A DNA stretch of 64,000 bases, taken from NCBI GenBank assembly GCA_030141605.1, contig JAQGDQ010000159.1:124001-188000 (forward strand), in the 5' to 3' direction. Every line of letters begins with the position of its first letter. Within the stretch, counting starts at the first letter, position 1. The translations under genes were made by a program, and so were the position numbers. A model generated the notes under the pieces. It had not been told where the DNA came from. It did not search any database and saw only the letters and a list, made by a program, of their open reading frames with translations. This DNA comes from Tubiluchus corallicola (taxonomy: Eukaryota > Animalia > Priapulida). This document shows positions 56,101-64,000 of this stretch, one piece after another.

Positions 56101-59100
56101 ACTAGTACAGACAGGCCATTTTACAGCGTTTTCTGCATCCCCGAATATGGGTCACGGTTATGTAATAATTTAGAGATAGTAATGTTTTGCTTCCCGAGAT
56201 GGCACCAATATCTGGCCTGGCCCATCAATTTTTGCACTACTATAATATTTAACCGAATTAGTGACAGAATTTTGAAATTAATTTGATCTGTCTTGTGTGA
56301 AAACTGCTTGCAAGGTGTTTAAACCAGATTTTACAAAATAACAACGTCGGATTTGTATTCAGTACTACAGTATACCTCTGACTTGTAATTTTCGCGTTTT
56401 TTAGAGATATATACAGCTGTGGCCAATCTGTGGGTCCTTGAAAAACCGTAAATGGCTTGTTTGGGCCCTTTCATACAATAAACCAAAAGTAGATTTGCAT
56501 TATGCTTGGCAAAAACGTCATTCCCGCAATTTTTAGGATTATTTACTTTAATATCACGATGTGCCCTATATTCGGATCTCCAGAAACCCTACAAGATGGC
56601 CGGTTTTGGGTTAGTACTTTCATATGCACAGAAAAACTAGTTTCAGATTTGCATTCAGAAAAAGATTGTAACATAAACATTTCATGTAATTTTCAGATTT
56701 ATGCAGTTAGTGTTACGGTGTACCGTACTTCTGAAGCCGAAAAGCCCTAAAATGGATTTCTCGGCAACTGCGTTCAGCCATACAAAAACTACTATAAAAC
56801 GTAATATTAGATTTCGATTCAACACCAAAAATACCCTCTTCCTGTAACTTTCAAATTTATATAAGCTATAGTGGGACATGTCCCTGATGCCAACCTGGAA
56901 TGCCCTAAAATGTTCGAAAGAGATATATCAAGGAATTTTTTTTTAGAAAGGACACCCTCTAAAATGTTGTTCATGTTTTTTGTCCCAGAATCAGTTTTCA
57001 AAAGATTTGTGGCCACTTGGTCTAATTTTTTGGAATTGGCACCTGTGTAGTATGTTTGAGTTAATTCAACTAACACTGTAACAATGACTTTTACAGCGAA
57101 GTGCACAGTACTTACACAAAGAGCTTCCTGTTCGAATCGCTCACCGTATAGCTGGGTTTCGTGGCTTACCTTTCATTGTAGGATGTAATCCAACTATTCT
57201 GCATGTGGTACGTTACCTGTTACATTGTATATATTGGGTATTTAATAGATTTTTAGTCCTATGTTTACTTATTAATTTGCTAGTGTCAAGCTAGAGATTG
57301 CGTGTGTGTAATTTTAGATCCGTTTTAGTTTCGTCGAAAGGCAAAAAAAACGAAAGTGTGGATTGGTAACTTTAATGAATTTATTAGGGCACTCGTATAA
57401 CTATAAATTTTTATTTTGTGTTTTACAATGACAATAAAAGTTTCCAAGACCCTTTCTGACCTACTTTTGAATTTTTCTTTGCGTGCCTAGATTTGTTTGC
57501 AGGATTCGATTAAATTAGCTTATGGATTATATTACATATGAGGAGATAGTTTTTTAGTATTTAAATTTTAAGGGCCTAAGGCATTGGAATTGTATATTTT
57601 TTGGGGTGGTCCAAGTTTCATTTTTAGCCATTAGTATTGATTGTTTCTTATTCTTTTGAGAGAAGTTAGTAAGAGTACTATTCATTAATTGATTGTGAAT
57701 TGTTTAATTTTTTTAGCATGAGATGTATGTCAGAGCATTCCAGTTACTTTCTGAATTTCCTATGGTGAGTTGCAATTTTCACAAAGTTGTTGATTCAGTG
57801 AAAGCTGAAAATATATAATCTTAAATCTGTATAATTTCTATTTGTCCTTTCTATGTAGTTTTTTTGTATTAATTCACAAATTAGTTCCCTAAACTGGCCT
57901 AAAAGAAAAAAATGATTTAATTCTTGTAGTTTTAAGTATATTATTTTATTGACGGTATTGTGTTGTTTTTTATTTGTGTACTTGTGTGATTCTGTTCATT
58001 TTTATAACTGCAATTTTGCTTTGAATAAACTCTACTTGTCTAGATGGGCTAGATGTGTTAAAAAATGTACACAATTGTTTTTGCATTTTTTGCTTTATCC
58101 CAGCTTTTTAAATTAAATCACTGGAACTCCTATACAGTCTGTCTGCATCTGAGATCTTTTGTTAACAATCTTGGTAATAAATAAGTGATACAGTAACTTT
58201 ACAGCTAGATGGTCGCACTTTGGTATTTTGGCATTTCGCCATCTTTTTCAGAACACCATATCTCTGTAAGAGCTTCCTTGACCTGATATACAAAAATACT
58301 TTTCCGCAATGTAGCCTCTAGCCGGGTTGTCCTACATGTTCCCGAAAAGTTGCACAACTTGTCTTTGGTTACTCTTCGTGTTTAAAATATTAAAATGGAC
58401 AATTTTTACATATTTTGTACATTCAAGACAATTGCACATGCTGTACTTCGTTGCTGTACTTTCCACATGCATATAATTAAATTTGGTAGCAAAAAAAAGA
58501 AATCCATGAAAATTCTTTTAAATTGATTGTTACTGTTTGTTTTGTGGTGAGCATCTGTTTCAGCGTTGTAAAGCCATTTATGTTAGAATCAATAGGTTTG
58601 TAAGTTGTGAAAGTTAGCGTAAGATTTATAGTAAGCTTGGTGTAAAAATGGATGCATGAGATTGTCTGTGGGTAACATGGTCACTAAGTCTTGATGTAAT
58701 AGCTGACATGTCTCATCAAGCAATCATAAGGCATGGATTTAATTCCTGAATTAGATTCTAAAATGCCAGTCTAACAGTTGTAATTGTTGCAGGCACTAAA
58801 GATAATAAGTTGTTATTTATATCTAGTTACAAAGATTACATTGCAATCCGCAAAAGTAGGATGGTTTTCGATTACATGTATTAACATATAAGAACAGGCC
58901 GTCATGCTGAAATTTTGTTTAGAGTAAATTCAAGTACACCGTGTTTTGAAATTTCTTACTTCAAAATGGTTCTACCTGAATGCTGTTCATCTTAATTCGT
59001 TATGATCTCAGATTAGAGATGGTGACACTGAACAGAAGTATACAGGCATGTTAAAACAGCTGCTTGATGATCATCGTGATGTGGTTACTATGCTTGCTGA

Positions 59101-62100
59101 AGGATTCAAAGATTGCCATAGACATATTCAGGTAAACCCGATCTGTGTCTTTTGTTACACAATACACAAAGTTATTAACAAGTCTGGATTGTCATCAAAT
59201 ATGGTCTTCTAAAAATCCATTTAAAGTGTACCTACATTTCGAATTCTTGTTCTTAAAATGGTGTAGTGTGGGGATAAGCTAATGGCAGTGCAAAGATCCT
59301 TTGATTTCTCATTCACTTTTTTATGTGAGCAGATTTCGTAAGTGTTATGTCAAATTCTATCATTATATCAAAGAATTATATGTGTACATTCTTTAAAAAT
59401 TTTTGTGTTGCAAATGTCTTTCTAATATACTTATTTGTAGCAAAATTGGTCACATTTTTTATTTTAGCTTATGATTTAGGCAACTGGCTTTCATATTCAT
59501 ATACATGTATGAGATATATTACGTATTTAAGAGATTTTGTTTCAAAATGCTCCCTCCTTCTCAAACGATGGACAACTTAAGTTTGTTTTACTATTGCATT
59601 TATCTACTATTTAAACAGTCTTCATGTGTGATTGAAGCTGTAAGTCTATTGAAAGTAAGCCGTGTCATTATTTCAGAAAAAGATGTGACATCTTAAAATT
59701 AGTAATTCCTACATTTATGCTTTAGTACATTTGATGCAATGTTCACTGTGCTTGACATATTTACTTAGTGAATTTTGAAAAGCTACAATGCATGTTGTTT
59801 CTAAAAAAGTTCATTCTTGATTAACTCATCGTCTCTTTATCACATTAGCTAAGACTTTCGTTCTGTTACTTTCTTGATCTGTTTTCAGTGCTTATTTCTT
59901 CTACAGGATGTGGAACTGGTGCAGCTATTTTTAGATCGCACTCTGACATCTCGTCTGGGAATACGGATGCTGTGTGAAAACCACATACAACTGCATAATG
60001 ATAGTCCCGGTCAAGTGGGCATCATAAGTGTTGAACTGGAGCTGCGTAAAGTCATTGAAAATTGGGCAGATTTTGCAGGGTATGTTTTATGTGACATTTT
60101 GCCTGTATAATAATTAATGTTTAGAAAACATGTTGACCTTTTTACCGAGGTCTGGAGATGTACAAGCACTATTTTCAGGGGAGGGTAAAAAGTATTTGGA
60201 CCTTGACTTTCTGGCTGCTATGATACTTGCGTGTACTTGTAAACATAATAAACTTTCCAGTACGTTCATTGTTGTGTCTTTGTAGAGTCACAAATACTTG
60301 TTTTTAAACAAAATTCTAAATAAATGAGTTTGTCTGTCAGGTACTCGGTATACCTTTCATTTTTGGCAAACATTTTCTGAGGGAAGTGTTCCATATTATT
60401 GGATCCTACGAGTGGATTTTTGCATTGCATTTTCAGCTTTATGTGTAGCTACAGTAATTTGTTGCAAACTGTAATGATTAACCTAAACGTCATCACAACT
60501 TTTCTGTGTCGTAGGACACCTCATAACGATTTTCTCCCAAAAAAAATTCAAAATGTTCTTATGTTAAACATTTTAGTAGTGTCATTTATGTAAAATATTA
60601 ATACCATGGGTTGGTATTCTAATAGGCTTGTTATTAGTCACTGCAGGATCCTTGCTCACGAAGTTTAATTTGCTAAGATTATTTTAGGTAATCTCATAAG
60701 TCTTAAGTCAGTTATATTCCAAATTAGTAGTTTTTTAGTTTAAATACTAAAGTATAGTTTTTGTTGCATCTCTCTACTTGCACCGTGCACTCTGCACTGC
60801 AATTATACTGTAGTAGCTTTAGAACTTTATAATGATTGATGATTGATTGTATTTTGCATTAAAATTTTAACAAGTAGTTTTTAACTCTAGTCAAATCTGT
60901 GAGCATAAGTATGGAAGAGCACCAGAAGTGAAAATAAATGGTCATGTCAGTGCAGCATTTCCTTATATTCAATTACCACTTGACTACATTCTTCCAGAAT
61001 TGTTGAAAAATGCCATGAGGTAAGGATTTTTGTCTACAATTACTTTGATGTCTTATTATTTTGCAGCTACGTACAGCTAATAGTAGAGGGTTGTGAGATC
61101 TTGTTCTTGTCTCCTGTCATGTAAGACACTGCTTGTTTTCTTATGGTAGATTAGAAAACAAATTGTCATATTAGTTTTTTTTATCTACCTAACTGAATTA
61201 CCCTAAATGGCCATGTTGATGCTTGATTGTGATTACTGATTTTATTGTCATTTATGATATTGTTAATTATTTCATTTGAGTAATTTGCCATTTTATTTAG
61301 ACAGCAGTGGGTTGTTGAAACCATTTGTAAAATTAGTGGTGTTTTCTGGGCCTTGGTTATACAACCTGTACTTTCTATTTGTTATTTACAAAACACATGT
61401 AACTTGTTCAAAATGGGCACAATCATTTTAATGAATTTTACGTTAGTCTTTTTATTTTTTAGGGCTACTTGTGAAAAGAATGTTGATTGTAACACTCTCC
61501 CACCTGTTACTGTCACTATTGCAAATAATGATATAGACTTTGTTATACGGTATGTGAGACACTTTAGTAGTGGTGGTTTGTGTTCGATTACATGCACACG
61601 TTTGTATTGGTAAAAGTGACTAAAAATTAAGTTGAAACCTCATTAAACAAAGCACTCAGTTTGCATTTGTTTAAATAACAGCACATTGTAGACCTATTAA
61701 GAATTTATTTCCAAATTAAAACATTCTGCATGATCGTTGTTGTCATGAATTTCACAGATATAGTATAGAGAATGTTTTGCCAGCTATTAGGGTTTTGACT
61801 GATGCCACTACCATGCACACATTTGTGCTAATATATCTTTTCTGTTTTCTATCTCACTTTTGTTGTTTTGTTCAAAGTAAACACTGATTCAATTGTTAAG
61901 AAACGATCATTACTAAATCCATGCAGTCAAATCAAGCCTTTGAGAAAACAAGTAAGAGAATTTTTTGAGAGTTAGTTATGCCAGTACTTTTATGCAGAGT
62001 CTCAGATCGAGGTGGTGGCATAGAACATCAGCACATAGACAAAGTTTTGCACTACCATTTTACCACAGCTGACCAAGAAACTTCACAAATGGATGACAAC

Positions 62101-62463
62101 AACGGGCTTGGTAACTTCGTACAGGTTGTAAATCCAGGCCCTTCATCCGGGCCTATGTATGGGTAAGTTTGTTCTGCTGCTAATTTTCAGATGTCGCATG
62201 TATTGGTTATTAAATAAGTGCTAACCAATAATATTGATTGATTAATTTCATAATAAAAAATTGCTTCCTGTAGATAAGTATAAGTTTCTATGGAACATTT
62301 TCTCCAAATTTATTTCAGATTTGGATTTGGTTTGCCTACAGCAAGGGCATATGCTGAGTACCTAGGTGGTTCACTAAAAGTTATCTCAATGCAAGGAATT
62401 GGAACCGATGTTTATCTACGTTTACGACACATAGATGGCAAACAAGAGAGTTTTAGAATATAG
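52849..62463 (+). CDS. BCKDK: Branched-chain alpha-ketoacid dehydrogenase kinase (mitochondrial, PDK/BCKDK family); complete, 10 exons, 413 aa
   Basis: Exons 52849-53043, 53444-53512, 57097-57207, 57717-57764, 59012-59131, 59907-60079, 60891-61019, 61463-61549, 61998-62162, 62319-62463; total 1242 nt in frame. Motifs: [37 protein letters not shown]-box [13 protein letters not shown]1 SDRGGGI, G2 GFGFGLP, and C-terminal [20 protein letters not shown] as in BCKDK. Confidence 0.96.
53077..53150. repeat. (TA)n microsatellite, 74 bp, in BCKDK intron 1
   Basis: Uninterrupted TA dinucleotide run starting about 33 bp after the exon 1 donor. Confidence 0.98.
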
Positions 62464-64000
62464 ACATGATTTGCTATGCTTATTTATACCAACTAGATGT
62501 ATTATGTGTAACTTATCGTGAAGCTCTATATAAATTAAATTAAAAAGTGTAAAATCAATTTATTTTTTATGTTAAATGTAAACAAATTGTGCTATATGTA
62601 TTTTGAATATTCTGTTTTTAGCATACTAGCAATGCACTTTTTGGGTAGACGTCTCATTTTCAGCAATCTCAGAATTTTCTGTTTAATATATTTATAGAGC
62701 ATGCTATGTTCAAAATGAAGTTAGTTAAGCTTGCAATTGGAATTCAGATCTCCGATTCAGAAACTCAGAACTCCTTTACAGTTTTGGCAATAAAATGTGT
62801 TAAAATCTTGTGAAATGCTTTTTTTGAGATTATTGTTTGAACAGTGTATCTCTACGTTATTTTTCCTGGCATTTTACATTGGTGCTGTCACTGCTGTGCT
62901 GTTTCAGATGGGTGTTTATATTTGATTTTCAATTTTTGTTTTAAATGTGTACCCTATAAATATTGATGTGCTATTAACTGATTGGAAGGCAAATAAAAAA
63001 AATTATGTTTTGACTAGTCTTTCATCAACTGATGTGTTTAAAATTAGGCTAAGTAATGTTATTGTTAAATATTTTAATGTATGCCGATTGAATACGTACG
63101 CTTTTCTTGTGTGTGTAAATACTAAGTCACTGTGCAACATGAAATAATAATTTCGATTTGAATTGCAATGAAACTTCCTATCACCAGTTAAAACATTACC
63201 TGCATTCAGTATTTGGTTTGTGCTGGTTAGCTAATCAGTCCAACTTTTTCCGTGTTCAAGTCGAAATTTTGCACTGGATGCTGGCAGTTTTTGATAATCT
63301 TTCCTTTGTCTCTATTAAACTCACATTTTTAAATCATGCTGCACCCTTGTATCAACCAAAGAACTTTTGCATCTGTAAGCTTTTGCTTGTCTAGAGCTTA
63401 TTGTTGTTTTATTAGATTTGTTGTTCAAGATGTCTGCTGAGTTTTTAATTAGGTATGACCTATTACCTTTTGGTTTTGTTATCCATAATTTTAAGTTATG
63501 AACATTTCTATGATTTTCAAAGCTAGACTTGACTGTATTCAGTCATTTTCAGTTTAAATCTGAAATTACTGACAACAAGTATTTTCAATACCAAAAATGC
63601 TTTCAAGCAACTTCGTAATATTGAAATGATACTCTTTGATATTTTGTAGTTTAGCTACAATGAATTAAAAAAATTGATTTATCTTTTTTAGTGGTAAAAA
63701 ATTGTCGATGAGTCAAAAGCTGACTCATACAATGAATTAACCGAAGTTCGGTAATGTCATTTTAAATAGAGAATAAAATGTTTTGTTTTTGATAACTATT
63801 TTTCGGGCAATTCTGTAAGAGATAGGAAATTTCTGTCGGTAAGAGATCAGCTGTCTACAACCAAAAGTATTTGTGTAAAGTTTTATAGAGCTTTCTCAAA
63901 TACTTCACAGCATCATAGCTCAAGAATTTGATATTTAACACTGATTTATTTTAACACATTATTACTGTACATCACATATTTACATGGCAAAAAATAAAAT

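Noticed and set aside
56819-57106. 95-aa minus-strand ORF
   Set aside because: It overlaps the BCKDK exon 3 acceptor antisense within repeat-like DNA and has no recognisable domain.

Overview
AT-rich, intron-rich eukaryotic (invertebrate metazoan-like) genomic DNA, not prokaryotic. Most short ORFs in the supplied track are exon fragments or noise. I reconstructed four spliced genes by hand from splice sites and reading frame: (1) the 3' end of CFAP44/WDR52 (+, 449-4558); (2) a complete ANKFY1/Rabankyrin-5 (-, 24 coding exons, 35839-7775, 1146 aa); (3) a complete kinesin-14 KIFC1/Ncd-like gene (+, 15 coding exons, 39163-51063, 662 aa), head-to-head with ANKFY1 and probably with one GC-AG intron; (4) a complete BCKDK (+, 10 exons, 52849-62463, 413 aa). 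Introns and the intergenic spacer hold pogo/Tigger-type and hAT-type MITEs, decayed RLE-type and RTE-type non-LTR retrotransposon fragments, microsatellites and hairpins. Two observations stand out. First, a 189-bp TG...CA LTR is followed by a 38-nt reverse copy of the CCA-bearing 3' half of tRNA-His that ends exactly at position 38, next to m1G37; it looks like an integrated plus-strand strong-stop DNA that read through m1A58. Second, a Tigger-like element in ANKFY1 intron 1 has captured the end of a related element plus about 220 bp of its flank from 12 kb away, creating a long inverted repeat around exons 2-10. No CRISPR array, rRNA or intact tRNA gene was seen. Family assignments come from recalled motifs, not database searches.
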